A stretch of 64,000 bases of DNA from a virus. Lineage: Duplodnaviria; Caudoviricetes. The notes under the pieces were generated by a model. The model was not told the DNA's origin. It did no database searches and saw only the letters and a program-made list of their open reading frames with translations. Made by a program: the position numbers and the translations under genes. This document shows, piece by piece, positions 63,876-64,000 of this stretch (within the stretch, counting starts at the first letter, position 1; each line of letters begins with the position of its first letter). The stretch covers positions 1-64,000 of IMG/VR virus record IMGVR_UViG_3300028533_000484, one strand, 5' to 3'.

Positions 63876-64000
63876 GAGGTATATATGAAGTACGTTCATT
63901 GTAAGTATTGTTATAAAGGTTGGGGTAAAGTCGGAGATAAATGCATATATTGTCGACGCGTTTTGAAATAGTATATACTTTTAAGGAGGAGTATTCGTGT

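Noticed and set aside
1-64000. Host assignment
   Set aside because: FlgM and GGDEF genes imply a flagellated host and the DNA is low-GC, but the sequence alone does not identify the taxon.

Overview
AT-rich segment of a large, T4-like (jumbo-type) bacteriophage genome, read with the standard code. Positions 1-41 kb are a co-oriented accessory region: ATP-grasp, two ART-like genes, three HEDTH zincin paralogs, a half DNA methyltransferase, a 37-aa FlgM-like ORF missed by the ORF track, a 687-aa TerD-like-domain protein, thyX, a nucleotidyltransferase, an HNH endonuclease, a membrane GGDEF diguanylate cyclase, a TnpB-only IS200/IS605 element and a CYTH enzyme. Positions 41.2-43.5 kb are a tRNA/ncRNA cluster. 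Positions 44-63 kb are a core module: Cas4-like nuclease, possible clamp and sigma-like genes, a large terminase fractured by a split intein and a homing endonuclease, scaffold and major capsid protein. The best candidate for an undescribed system is a covarying RNA stem (outer stem, 3-nt bulge opposite a single C, 6-bp stem, UCCUAUU). It occurs four times in the tRNA cluster, enclosing two circularly permuted tRNAs, one normal-order tRNA and one short loop. A fifth copy sits on the ribosome-binding site of the 687-aa gene, suggesting a Ro60/Y-RNA-like ribonucleoprotein. Other highlights are a naturally split class 3 intein, a phage anti-sigma28 mimic together with a diguanylate cyclase, and several re-engineered tRNA-like RNAs. 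All family calls are by motif recognition; no database search was run.
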